From NCBI GenBank assembly GCA_963730935.1, contig CAVSTP010000004.1, positions 1,536,001 through 1,600,000 on the forward strand: 64,000 nucleotides of DNA, given 5' to 3'. Every line of letters begins with the position of its first letter. Within the stretch, counting starts at the first letter, position 1. Below are positions 20,477 to 29,966 of the stretch, one piece after another. Source of the stretch: an uncultured Nitrospiraceae bacterium (GTDB taxonomy: Bacteria; Nitrospirota; Nitrospiria; Nitrospirales; Nitrospiraceae). The notes beneath the pieces were generated by a model. It ran no database searches and had not been told where the DNA came from. It saw only the letters and a list, made by a program, of their open reading frames with translations. The position numbers were made by a program, and so were the translations under genes.

Positions 20477-21439
20477 CTAGGCGGTCCCGACTGGCCCCCC
20501 TTCCTCCTTGTCCTTGTCCTTTTGATCCATGAAATTCTGCGCGCCTGTTTCGTTCAACAAGAGATTCAACTCGTTGCCTTGATCCTGCGCACCGCACTCA
20601 TAGGTCTGTCCCTCGGGCGCATTGAACGTGGCCGGACGATAATCAGTTTCTGAATAGGTCTGCGGAGTCACACCGAGGAACGCCGCTTCAAAATCCATCC
20701 AGTCGCTCATCAGCTCCGCCACATGCTTGAAGAGACCGGAGTCCGCCTTCTTGATCAGCATCCGGCAGAACAGAGGCACCCAGCGCCCGATATGATTCTT
20801 CACGAACTTCTTTTGGGCATCGACGACGATTTGCGTCTTTTCGGCGCCGTCATGGCAGCGCGAGTAGGATTCTTTGTAGGCCAGGAAGTGCATGAACTCA
20901 AATTCGACACTCAGATGATCGAGCCGCTCGTGGATATCTTTGGAGAGCTCGACGCCGAACGCCTTATAGAAGCCGGCAATGTCGCCCATGACGTGGGATT
21001 GCGCAAAGACGTGATCGTTACCGAACAGCGTTTCGTAGGGTGGACAGTCGAGCGTGATGACGTTGCTGAACACGCGCCGGTGTTCGGCCTGCAGCTCACT
21101 CAATTGCCAATTCACACACTCGGAGGCGATCAGTTTTTCGATCTGGTCGAACTGCTTGCGCATCAACGCCAGCCTTTGCTTGGCCCGGTCCCCTCCGGTC
21201 CCGTCGAGGGCGGTCTCCAAAGCATCGAGGGCTGCGCGCCCGTCTTCCACGAACTCGCCGCACTGCAAATAGTCGAGAAATTCGTCGTCTTCCGGGTAGA
21301 GCAGGCTCCAGGAAACGAGGAGATAGAGCTTGCTGCGGTTGAGTGCACGTTCGACTGCGGGGGAATCTTTGATCGGGGGATTCGGAATGACAGCGGCTGC
21401 GGATTGTGTAGAACCTTGTACCGACTGCTTACTCGTCAT
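20477..21439 (-). CDS. TorD/DmsD/NarJ-family molybdoenzyme maturation chaperone
   Basis: CPPYET and DHLSVEFEFM (DHxxxE) motifs, HIGRWVP. Confidence 0.88.
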   Translation of the reverse strand: MTSKQSVQGSTQSAAAVIPNPPIKDSPAVERALNRSKLYLLVSWSLLYPEDDEFLDYLQCGEFVEDGRAALDALETALDGTGGDRAKQRLALMRKQFDQIEKLIASECVNWQLSELQAEHRRVFSNVITLDCPPYETLFGNDHVFAQSHVMGDIAGFYKAFGVELSKDIHERLDHLSVEFEFMHFLAYKESYSRCHDGAEKTQIVVDAQKKFVKNHIGRWVPLFCRMLIKKADSGLFKHVAELMSDWMDFEAAFLGVTPQTYSETDYRPATFNAPEGQTYECGAQDQGNELNLLLNETGAQNFMDQKDKDKEEGGPVGTA

Positions 21440-21522
21440 GAGAATATGCTCCTCACTTTGACCCCGTTGCCGTGAAACATTTCTTCGGCAACTTCGGTCA
21501 AACCAGTGGCGAAAGCCTGGGT

Positions 21523-21551
21523 ATGATAGGTAAAGGTCAAAAACTTGTCAA
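21523..21551 (-). promoter_or_regulatory. Putative sigma70 promoter for the chaperone-nxrC operon
   Basis: TTGACA-N17-TATCAT on the minus strand, ~85 nt upstream of the ATG at 21439. Confidence 0.7.
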
Positions 21552-21664
21552 GCACCGATTCTGACTCTTCCATCACCATTAATTCGGACTGCTTCTTCAG
21601 AGAAATCGGGGGTTATGGTGTAAGGGACCGCTTACGGTCTTGGCTCATTTCCACCAGTGACTTG

Positions 21665-22261
21665 CTAACGGGAGGCCGGCTCCATCGAACGAAAGGGCGT
21701 TATTTTGATGGCGATGTGATCGTTAACCGTGCGGCAGACGTGCTCGCACATGCCGCATCCTACACAACGTTCAACCGCCACTACAAGCCGCTGTGTACCA
21801 AAATCCATGTCCAGTGCATCCGTGGGACATTTCGACACACAAGCATGACACCCCTGCCCCGCCGTGCAGAGTCGATGGTTCACGACGGCCACCCCCATCC
21901 GGACGTCCTGCGTTCCTGCAACCGGCAGCAAGGCTTCGGTCGCACAGGCGGCAATGCAGGGCATGTCGTCGCAGAGGTAGCAAGGCACCTGGTCGGGGAA
22001 AATCACGGGTGTGCCGTCGGGGTGCAACACAATCGAGTCATGCGGGCAGGCTTTCACACAGTCGCTGCACTTGGTACAACGCTCGAAAAACAGCGCTTCG
22101 CTGACCGCGCCAGGCGGCCGCAGCCAATCCGTCCGCACGGGAGGCGCCGGCTTCTCGGGCGCCGCGTCCACATGAGCGGCATATTCCTTCGCCGCCTTCG
22201 CGACCGAGAGGACGGAGTCCTTGAAAAAGTCGCGTCGTCCGTATTTCGGATCTGTAGCCAC
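21665..22261 (-). CDS. NapG/NapF/MauM-like 4Fe-4S polyferredoxin
   Basis: GRRDFFK, LRPPGA, CTKCSDCVKACP, CYLCDDMPCIAAC, C..GQGCHACVSKCP, CVGCGMCEHVC. Confidence 0.88.
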   Translation of the reverse strand: MATDPKYGRRDFFKDSVLSVAKAAKEYAAHVDAAPEKPAPPVRTDWLRPPGAVSEALFFERCTKCSDCVKACPHDSIVLHPDGTPVIFPDQVPCYLCDDMPCIAACATEALLPVAGTQDVRMGVAVVNHRLCTAGQGCHACVSKCPTDALDMDFGTQRLVVAVERCVGCGMCEHVCRTVNDHIAIKITPFRSMEPASR

Positions 22262-22283
22262 GGTTTAGTATTGTTGTTCTTCA

Positions 22284-22472
22284 GTAGTTGGTCAAAAAGG
22301 GCACCAGCAAACCCGGCGCGAGCGAAAGGTCCGAGGAGGTACATACCACGCTTCGCTTGACCCGCTCGCTTCGATCAAATGCGAGCGGATAGGTACTTTG
22401 CCTCCAGCTAATTCGTACGTCGAGGCCTTGAGCGAAGCGAGAACGAAGCTCGCGACCTTTTTCACCATCTGC
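22284..22472. repeat. Intergenic element bounded by terminal inverted repeats (MITE/REP-like family)
   Basis: Ends GTAGTTGGTCAAAAAGG ... CCTTTTTCACCATCTGC; the 3' part (ACGTCGAG..GCGA.GCGAG.ACG.AGCT) is shared with the element at 29967..30166. Confidence 0.7.
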
Positions 22473-22474
22473 TT

Positions 22475-23473
22475 CTACATGACGCCGTCGGCGCGGAGCT
22501 TATACACCTCGACACAGCGGTCGCAGGCGCCGAACTCGACGTCCCAGCCCGGGTGATTTTCGCGGATGAAATCCAGCACATAGGATTCGATCTTGCTCCC
22601 CATGTCCTCGACCCAGGAATAGGTCGGGAAGCGGCACAACGGGCACGGGAAGCCGGGCATCAGCATGACCTTGTTTTCGGTCTCCGGCACTTCGCCGCCT
22701 TCGACGTCGACAGCGCGGTCCATGACCCGCAAGGTGTCCGTCGCCATTTCGATCAATTCTGCGTGCGTGAAGAAGCTCGTCAGCCACAAGCCTTCGAAGA
22801 CGGATTTGAGCTGCAGAGCGGGAATTTTCCGGTACCACGACCGGAATTCCTTGAAGCGGTCTTCTTTCCGGAGCATCGGTTCCTTGCCGGCGGCCGTCAA
22901 CCGGCTATCGACGCTCAAGCTCCAGAGGATGCGGTAGCGGTGGAGGATGAGGGTTTCTTCGCCGGGGTTCAGCCCGACCTTGGTATCGGGATCGTAGCCG
23001 AAGACCGGATCCAGCATGTCTGAAATGTGCATGAGCTCATGCCGGCAATACCGTGTCAGCGCCGGATCATAAAATCGCCGGGGGATGAGCTTGATCCCGA
23101 TGCCCTTCAGGCCCTTCTCTTCGAACTGCCTCGCCAGATCGTGCTCGACCGATCCCCATTTGCGCAGGATGTCCACGCCTTCCTGATCTTCCTTGAGCAC
23201 GCCTTTGACGAGCACGATGCCGACCCTATCTTTGACGAGCGGATACTCGTTGAATGCATCGCGGATAATGTCGCTGAACCCCCAGGTACCGAAGAGATAC
23301 TGGTAGAGCTTCTTGAACTCGCTTTCCCGATCGTCGAGCGTGAACTTTTCGTAGATCGGATCCGCCAGTTCGTGGAACTCCTTATAGTAGGTGGGGTCCC
23401 CTTCCCGTTCGGTTTTTTCCACGAACGAGTCGATCACTTCCTGCAGCAAAGCAGGCTGAAAACGCAGTTCCAT
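22475..23473 (-). CDS. Hypothetical protein with HExxH motif and C-terminal CxxC...CxxC
   Basis: RHELMHISD; CPLC and CDRC; strongly coding composition. Confidence 0.8.
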   Translation of the reverse strand: MELRFQPALLQEVIDSFVEKTEREGDPTYYKEFHELADPIYEKFTLDDRESEFKKLYQYLFGTWGFSDIIRDAFNEYPLVKDRVGIVLVKGVLKEDQEGVDILRKWGSVEHDLARQFEEKGLKGIGIKLIPRRFYDPALTRYCRHELMHISDMLDPVFGYDPDTKVGLNPGEETLILHRYRILWSLSVDSRLTAAGKEPMLRKEDRFKEFRSWYRKIPALQLKSVFEGLWLTSFFTHAELIEMATDTLRVMDRAVDVEGGEVPETENKVMLMPGFPCPLCRFPTYSWVEDMGSKIESYVLDFIRENHPGWDVEFGACDRCVEVYKLRADGVM

Positions 23474-23678
23474 ATCAGCCTCGGTTTTCCGGTCTTGGGG
23501 CCGCTTTCCCCAGTCGTGGTGCGGTGTGGACGGCGCGCCGAGCGGCTTGACTTGGCGCCGTAGCTTCTCTTACGATCTCCAAATCGACCGCAAATTATAC
23601 TGGCTAGAAACGGCGATTTGCAATCAAGCCTGTCGTCGCCGGCCGGTTGACCAAGAAGGATTCGGCAAGGTACCACCC

Positions 23679-24773
23679 ATGACACAACCAAGCGCCTCCT
23701 CGACCGTTCCCGCACAGCCTTCAGCTCCGGCCGCTGCTCCGACGGGTCCGATTGACTCGCTCGAATATTGGACCGCGGGCGCCCGTGAAGTCCGAACATT
23801 CCGCGGACATTCGCACGGCGTCTGGTCCGTTGCGTTTGCGCCGGACGGCTTGACGCTCGCCAGCGCCGGCGTCGACCGTCTCGTCCGGATCTGGGACATT
23901 GAGACCGGCCGGCTGCTTCGGTCGCTGCGCGGCCATACCCATGATATCCGCGCCGTCCTCTACACGCCGGACGGTCAGTCGTTGGCCACGGGCAGCGAAG
24001 ACCGGACGATCCGCTTGTGGAATCCCAAGACCGGCGAACCGTTGAAACTGCTCTTCACCCGCTACGATCACAATATCTGCAGCCTCTCGCTATCTCCCGA
24101 CGGCTTGATGCTGGCGCGAGGCAGCCACAACAAGGACATCAAGATCTGGGAAGTCACGACCGGAACCGAGTTGATGACCTTGCTGGGCAAAGACCAGTAC
24201 GATCACCATTGGTCGGTCTGCGTGGCGTTCTCACCCGACGGCCGCCATCTGGCCAGCGGCATGGACATCGGCAAGATCAAGATCTGGGAAGTCCTGCCCA
24301 GCGGCGAAGAGAAGGTCCTACACAACGGACACTGGCAGGAAACCCAGGAAGACTCGACCGAGACGCGCGGCTATTTCATCGAGGACGACGGCGGATTCCA
24401 AAAACCGATGGACTATTGGATCGGGGCCATGACCTTCACGCCTGACGGCAAGTACCTCATCACCGGCAGCCGCGATCAGACAATCAAAATATTCGAAATG
24501 CCGGAGGGGCTCGAGCAGCGAACGTTGAAGGGCCATGGAGGCTGGATCCGCTCGCTGATCGTCACAGCAGACGGCAAAGTCCTCATCAGCGCGGCCGACG
24601 ACAACACCATCCGGTTCTGGGATCTGAAATCCGGTCGCTGCTTCCGCACGCTCAAGGGTCACACAGGCGGCGTACGGGGCGTGGCGCTTTCCGCGGACGG
24701 CCTCCGGCTGGCAAGTGCGTCCTGGGACCGGACGGTGAAATTGTGGGAAGGCGGAGCGGAGCCCACAGAGTAA
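23679..24773 (+). CDS. WD40-repeat protein
   Basis: Repeated GH...V..VAF.PDG..LAS.S.D.T(I/V)(R/K)LW units. The ATG at 23679 is preferred over the GTG at 23526. Confidence 0.92.
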   Translation: MTQPSASSTVPAQPSAPAAAPTGPIDSLEYWTAGAREVRTFRGHSHGVWSVAFAPDGLTLASAGVDRLVRIWDIETGRLLRSLRGHTHDIRAVLYTPDGQSLATGSEDRTIRLWNPKTGEPLKLLFTRYDHNICSLSLSPDGLMLARGSHNKDIKIWEVTTGTELMTLLGKDQYDHHWSVCVAFSPDGRHLASGMDIGKIKIWEVLPSGEEKVLHNGHWQETQEDSTETRGYFIEDDGGFQKPMDYWIGAMTFTPDGKYLITGSRDQTIKIFEMPEGLEQRTLKGHGGWIRSLIVTADGKVLISAADDNTIRFWDLKSGRCFRTLKGHTGGVRGVALSADGLRLASASWDRTVKLWEGGAEPTE

Positions 24774-24777
24774 AAGA

Positions 24778-24884
24778 GCGCGGGTCCTGTCGCGGCGAAC
24801 AGCCCCACCGTGCTCGCACCCCCGCCCGGTGTGGGGTCCCCCGTTGCGCGCGGTCGGGCGCCCCGTTCGCCACGCCACCCGCGC
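24778..24884. other. Long GC-rich imperfect hairpin (~107 nt)
   Basis: Nested pairings GCGCGGGT/ACCCGCGC, GGCGAAC/GTTCGCC, GCCC/GGGC, ACCGTGC/GCGCGGT. Confidence 0.55.
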
Positions 24885-24995
24885 GAATTGAAAAGCCTCA
24901 ACGGGCTAGTTAAGAGGCGAGAGGTCATGCGTCCATCGCAGGTCGCAGCCAGTTTCACCATCTACACCCTACACCCGTTCACCTGAAAAATAGAG

Positions 24996-25030
24996 AGGCG
25001 ACAGGCCGCTTGAAGCCTGTCGCCTTTTCT
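24996..25030. terminator. Rho-independent (possibly bidirectional) terminator
   Basis: AGGCGACAGGC-CGCTTGAA-GCCTGTCGCCT followed by TTTCT, with an A-run upstream. Confidence 0.7.
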
Positions 25031-25079
25031 ATGTTCGTTTTCTTCTCCTCTCTTGGAAGATTGTGCAGAGGCACCAACT

Positions 25080-25259
25080 GAAAAGCTGAGCGACTTCATC
25101 GGAGAAACCGGGACCCGCCGAGACTGTGCCGAGAAGGAAAGCTGGAACTGACCGACGCGCCACGGTCTGATTAAGACCGTGGCGGAGAGAATTCCAGAAG
25201 GAGTTCCGCTCGGCACAGTCCGGAGGGGTGGTTTCGGGAGATGGGAAGCAAAGGTTTTC
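25080..25259. ncRNA. Candidate structured RNA: ~180-nt rod-like fold
   Basis: Perfect 11-bp apical stem 25158-25168/25174-25184, 12-bp stem 25122-25133/25209-25220, plus CTGGAA/TTCCAG, GGAA/TTCC, GAAACC/GGTTTC, CATC/GATG and GAAAA/TTTTC, all nested. Confidence 0.45.
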
Positions 25260-25293
25260 GGTTGGCGTTAAGCAGCTCGGTATTTCATCTGCG

Positions 25294-26742
25294 TCACTTT
25301 GGCTCGTCTTCCTCCGGCTCGTCTTTGGCGGAGGGGATGCCGTAGCGCTTGCACTTCTCCCAGAGCGCTTTTCGAGAGAGTCCCAGTATCTTCGACGCGG
25401 TCGTGCGGCTGCCTTCCACTTTTTCCAGCACCGAAAGGATGTACTCCTTCTCGAACTCCTCCCGCGCCGCCATGAGCGAATTCAATGGGCGCTCCGCCCG
25501 CTTCTGTCCCGTTAAGCCTTCGCTGCAAAATCCACAAGTGTCTTGGGGGACGCCGCCGGTGAAGGGACAGGTCTGAAAGCCGCACAAGTCCTGTGGCTGC
25601 ACCGGTTCGCGGTCGCGTCCCAGCGCCACGGCCCGCTCGATCATGTTCTCGAGTTCCCGCACGTTACCTGGGAACGAATAGCGCAGCAGCAGCTCCCGTG
25701 AGGCCGGCGAAAAGCCTTTCAGTTTCTTGTTCATCTTGACCGAACAGGTCTGCAGCACGTGGTCGGCGATGACCATGATGTCTTCCTGCCGCTTTCTCAA
25801 TGGTGGAATCACGACCTGGACGACGTTCAAGCGGTAGAACAAATCCTCGCGGAACCGTCCCATCGACACTTCCTTGCGTAAATCCTTTTGCGTGGCGCAC
25901 ACCAGGCGGACATCGACGTCGATCGTTTCGTTGCCCCCGACCCGCTCGAATTTGCGTTCCTGCAGCACCCGCAGCAGCTTGACCTGGACGACCGGGGAAA
26001 TCTCACCGATCTCGTCGAGAAACAGCGTGCCGCGATGGGCCAACTCGAACCGCCCTCGCCGTTGCCGCAAGGCGCCGGTGAACGCGCCCTTTTCATGGCC
26101 GAACAACTCCGCTTCCAACAGCGTCTCCGGCAACGCCGCGCAACTCACTTTGATGAGCGGATGCTGACTGCGGACACTGTTCTGATGAATGGCATTGGCA
26201 ACCAGCTCTTTTCCCGTCCCGCTCTCGCCCAGGATCAGGATCGTCGAATCGGTACCCGCGACGGTCTTGATCTTGTCCAGCACGCCACGCATCTGGCTGT
26301 TCGTGCCGAGAATGCCGTTGAAGCAAAACTTGCTCTCCAACGCTTCCTTCAGGTCCTGGTTCTCGCGGCGCAATGCGATAACGCGGCCGACCCGCTCGAC
26401 GATCAAGAGGAGCTCGTCCATTTGGAAGGGCTTCGTGATGTAGTCGAAGGCGCCCAGCTTCATGGCGCCGACCGCGGATTCCACCGACCCGTGGGCCGTG
26501 ATCATGACGACCTCGGTCTCGGGCGACTTGTCCTTCGTGGCCTTGAGGACCGTGAGCCCATCCGCGCCTGGCAACCGCAGATCGGTGATGACGAGATCGA
26601 ACGGCTTCTGGTGAAGCACCTCGAGGCCTTCCGTGCCCGACGCTGCAGCGTGGACGTCATAGCCGACAGCCTCCAGGGCGTCGACCATCGATAGCCGCAT
26701 GAGGGGCTCGTCGTCGACCAAAAGGATGGCCATCCCCTTCAT
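25294..26742 (-). CDS. Sigma54-dependent NtrC-family response regulator (REC-AAA+-Fis HTH)
   Basis: ILLVDDE, DLRLPG, GESGTGKE, GAFTGA, LFLDEIGE, FREDLFYRL, PGNVRELEN and a C-terminal HTH. The start at 26742 overlaps the kinase stop (ATGA). Confidence 0.95.
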   Translation of the reverse strand: MKGMAILLVDDEPLMRLSMVDALEAVGYDVHAAASGTEGLEVLHQKPFDLVITDLRLPGADGLTVLKATKDKSPETEVVMITAHGSVESAVGAMKLGAFDYITKPFQMDELLLIVERVGRVIALRRENQDLKEALESKFCFNGILGTNSQMRGVLDKIKTVAGTDSTILILGESGTGKELVANAIHQNSVRSQHPLIKVSCAALPETLLEAELFGHEKGAFTGALRQRRGRFELAHRGTLFLDEIGEISPVVQVKLLRVLQERKFERVGGNETIDVDVRLVCATQKDLRKEVSMGRFREDLFYRLNVVQVVIPPLRKRQEDIMVIADHVLQTCSVKMNKKLKGFSPASRELLLRYSFPGNVRELENMIERAVALGRDREPVQPQDLCGFQTCPFTGGVPQDTCGFCSEGLTGQKRAERPLNSLMAAREEFEKEYILSVLEKVEGSRTTASKILGLSRKALWEKCKRYGIPSAKDEPEEDEPK

Positions 26743-29700
26743 GACACTCTTTCCACCAACGACCGCTCTCTCGACAACGGTAGACATAAGGTAAATGTGG
26801 TTCCTTTCCCGACTTCGCTCTCCACCAGAATCTTACCACCATGCCGCTCTGCAATGCCGAGACTCACCGAGAGCCCCAGCCCCGTCCCCTCGCCTTCATT
26901 CTTCGTCGTGAAAAACGGATCGAAGATGCGCGGCAGCACTGTCGGCGGAATGCCGGAGCCGGTATCGCTGACATCGACCCGACACACGCCCTCGGCGACC
27001 GACGTCTGGATCGTCAGCACGCCGCCACCTTTCATGGCTTGCACAGCGTTCAGAATCAGGTTCATCAAGACCTGCTCGATCATATGCCGATCCACCATGA
27101 GGCTCAGCGAGGCGGGCCCCAGCAGCGTTTCGAGCCGGATAAGATTCGGCGCGAACAAGTGGTTCGTCAGCACGAGCACGCGGTCGACGATCTGATTGAT
27201 GTCGGTGGAGCTGAACTCGGGCTCGTGCTGTTGCGAAAAATCGAGCAGCTGCCGCACGATCTTCTGGACCCGCCGGACGCCGTCCTCCATCGACACCCAG
27301 TATTCTTCTTGACGCGCCGGGGAAAGGGTGCCTTTGCGCAGGTTATAGAGACAGTTCAGGATACCGGCGAGCGGGTTGTTGATTTCATGCGCGACCCCGG
27401 CAGCCAGTTTTCCGACGGATGCCAGCTTCTCGGAATTCCGAATCTGCTGCTCCAGCTTCTTGGTGTCGGTCATGTCGCGGGCGATGCCGAGCACGCCCAG
27501 AATTTCTCCCTCGGCGCCGTGCAGCGGAGACACGCTGACCATCACTGTGCGGGGTTCTCCCATCCGCGTCACCACTTCCACCTCGTAAACCTGCTTAGCA
27601 CCGATGTCGAGCGTATTCTTGAGGCGGCGGCCCCGATGGCGGCGAGACAACAGCGAGAGATAGGGACGGCCGAGCAGATCGTCCTTGCGATAGCCCCAGA
27701 CATTCACCTTGCTGTTGACGTAGGTGAACCGTTGCTCGGTGTCGAGAGTGTAGATCACGTCATTCGCGTTCTCGAGCAGATTTTCCAGGTATTGCTTGGT
27801 TTCTTCGATTTCCCGCGTCCGTTCCCGGACCTTGATTTCGAGTTCTTCTCGGTAGGTTTGGAGCTGCCGTTCCAGTCTCTTGCGGTCGGTAATGTCGCGC
27901 ATTTGCACCATCACCAGGACCTGCCCAGAGCCGGCCACGCGAATCAAATCCATTTCAACGGGCGTCTCGTATCCCTCGGCGTTGTAGACCGTGATTTCCT
28001 GCGTAGGCACCTGCCGTTGCCCGGTCCCGATTTCGGCCAACCATCCGGCGAGAGCCTCCCGGTGCGACGGCACGACGACGTCGTACATGCTGCCTCCGAC
28101 CACCTTCGACTCGGCATAGCCGAGCGCCTGCTCCTCGCGCTTATTGACCGCGACGACCGTCCCCGCCGCGTTGACCATGAACACGGAATCGGCGACCAGA
28201 TCGAAGAGCGCTTTGTAGCGGGCCTGGGAGGCGACCAGTTCCTGCGTGCGTTCGGAGACGGCCTGCTCCAACCCCGACGTGTAATGCTGCAGTTCCTGTT
28301 CGAGCCGATGACGCTCGGTCACGTCGCGCACGAAGGCACGGGAATGGACGAGGCCCCCGCGCTCCTGATCGAAGAGCGCCGTCGCGTGAATTTCCACGTC
28401 AATGGGGCGCCCGTCCTTGGCGAGCAGGACGGTTTCCATCGTGCTCTGCCCTTGAGAGACGAGCCGCTCGAGGTATTGCAGCACCCGAGACTCCTGCCCT
28501 CGCGGTACCACATCCCACAGCTTCATCATGAGCATTTCTGTCAGCTGATAGCCCAGCTTGTCGAGACCAGTCTTGTTCACGTGGACAAATCGGCCGCTGC
28601 GGTCCAGCTGGTAAATCATTTCGGGAGAATGCTCGATCAGATCGCGATATTTCTCTTCGAGGGCCCGGACTTCCCCCATCCGCTGTTCGATCTGCCCGAA
28701 AGACCGCTGAAGATTCGAAGCCATTTGATTGAAGGCGTCGGCCAAGGCCTCGATTTCATCGCCGGTCTTGAGTTCCAACCTCCGTTCAAGCCGGCCGCTG
28801 CCGATTTCCTGCACGCCGCCGTGTAGCAATTGAATCGGCCGGGCGATCCATCGCGCTGCCAAAAGACCCGTTCCCCAAAGCACGGCTAGGACCGCGAGCC
28901 CATACAGCAGGACCTTCGCCACGAGATCGCTCAGCGGCGCAAATGTTTCCTTGGGGTCCTGGCGGACGACCGTCACCCAGTGCTTGCCGCCAATGCTGCC
29001 GGCGGCCAACGGCTGACTGAACCGCACGGGTGCAAAACCGAGCAGTGAGTCCTTGCTGCCGTGCGTATCGTCGGCAGCGACGGTCCAACCGGACTTGAGC
29101 GTGCCCAGCACGTTGATGAACTCCGGCTTCACCGAATGTTCTTCAGGCGCCAGGATCGGACAGATAACGGGGGTGCCGTCAGAGGTGAAGAGCATGGCGT
29201 GACCGGTCGATCCGATCGTAACGTCCGCGATCGAATGGAACAACGTGTCGCGCCGGAGCAGAACCGTCACCGCACCGATGACCGATTTCTGCAGATCGTC
29301 CAAAATCGGCGCCGCGACCACCACGACGTGGGTGCCGAACGACGGGTCGAACATGATCTCGCTGACGTAGGGCTGTTGGCTGCTGCCCTTGACCACGGCC
29401 TGCCACCAGGGCGCCTTGCCATAGAAATACTCCACCTGGGGAATCGAGCTGACGACGAGCGCCCCTTGCTGATCGGTCACCAAGATGCCGACGTAATCAG
29501 ATTTCCTGATGTCGTGCCAGCGGATCAGATAGTTGGTCACGATGCGGTTGATGAACAGGGGAAACTCGCTGCGCTTGTCCCGCTGCTTCCAGCGTTGCTG
29601 CCAGTCCTTGATCATCTCCTGGATGCGGTGAGGATCTTTGTCTTCGTAGGTCCGATTGGCTTCGCTGACGGCGGTGCGCAGAAAGGGCGTGGTGGCGAGC

Positions 29701-29918
29701 TGCTGCCCCTCGTTCATCACGCGAGTGACGTGCATTTCGATCCGGCGGGCGGCGTCGACCGCGACTTCCTTGAAGCTCGTGCCGGTCGTGTCCCGCAGGG
29801 CGCGGCGCTCTTCGAGATAGGTCAGAGCGAGGAGGAACGTGAGCGGCAGAAACCCGACCATCACGATCGCCATGATGATCTTGCGCTGGAGACTGTGAGA
29901 ACGACTCCAGAATGCCAT
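26739..29918 (-). CDS. Sensor histidine kinase (periplasmic Cache-like, HAMP, three PAS, HisKA, HATPase)
   Basis: Two TM segments, DEIEALADAFNQM (HAMP), three PAS repeats ending (V/M/A)RD(V/I/M)T, AHEINNPL H-box, and N/G1/F/G2 boxes. Confidence 0.95.
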   Translation of the reverse strand: MAFWSRSHSLQRKIIMAIVMVGFLPLTFLLALTYLEERRALRDTTGTSFKEVAVDAARRIEMHVTRVMNEGQQLATTPFLRTAVSEANRTYEDKDPHRIQEMIKDWQQRWKQRDKRSEFPLFINRIVTNYLIRWHDIRKSDYVGILVTDQQGALVVSSIPQVEYFYGKAPWWQAVVKGSSQQPYVSEIMFDPSFGTHVVVVAAPILDDLQKSVIGAVTVLLRRDTLFHSIADVTIGSTGHAMLFTSDGTPVICPILAPEEHSVKPEFINVLGTLKSGWTVAADDTHGSKDSLLGFAPVRFSQPLAAGSIGGKHWVTVVRQDPKETFAPLSDLVAKVLLYGLAVLAVLWGTGLLAARWIARPIQLLHGGVQEIGSGRLERRLELKTGDEIEALADAFNQMASNLQRSFGQIEQRMGEVRALEEKYRDLIEHSPEMIYQLDRSGRFVHVNKTGLDKLGYQLTEMLMMKLWDVVPRGQESRVLQYLERLVSQGQSTMETVLLAKDGRPIDVEIHATALFDQERGGLVHSRAFVRDVTERHRLEQELQHYTSGLEQAVSERTQELVASQARYKALFDLVADSVFMVNAAGTVVAVNKREEQALGYAESKVVGGSMYDVVVPSHREALAGWLAEIGTGQRQVPTQEITVYNAEGYETPVEMDLIRVAGSGQVLVMVQMRDITDRKRLERQLQTYREELEIKVRERTREIEETKQYLENLLENANDVIYTLDTEQRFTYVNSKVNVWGYRKDDLLGRPYLSLLSRRHRGRRLKNTLDIGAKQVYEVEVVTRMGEPRTVMVSVSPLHGAEGEILGVLGIARDMTDTKKLEQQIRNSEKLASVGKLAAGVAHEINNPLAGILNCLYNLRKGTLSPARQEEYWVSMEDGVRRVQKIVRQLLDFSQQHEPEFSSTDINQIVDRVLVLTNHLFAPNLIRLETLLGPASLSLMVDRHMIEQVLMNLILNAVQAMKGGGVLTIQTSVAEGVCRVDVSDTGSGIPPTVLPRIFDPFFTTKNEGEGTGLGLSVSLGIAERHGGKILVESEVGKGTTFTLCLPLSRERSLVERVS

Positions 29919-29966
29919 GATCGCTCCGCCTAGGCCAGAAAGCCTAGTTTCCTTCGCGACTATCTT

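Noticed and set aside
21545..22360. 271-aa plus-strand ORF
   Set aside because: It is antisense to the clear polyferredoxin gene and runs into a repeat element.
25080..25259. Assignment as 6S RNA, SRP RNA or a riboswitch
   Set aside because: No SRP GGAA-loop motif or riboswitch consensus was recognised, and 6S identity cannot be confirmed without a covariance model.
26841..28826. 661-aa plus-strand ORF, and similar long plus-strand ORFs (e.g. 31157..32572, 33189..34625, 37906..39291, 58029..59228)
   Set aside because: They are antisense shadows of well-supported minus-strand genes, expected in high-GC codon usage, and carry no recognisable motifs.
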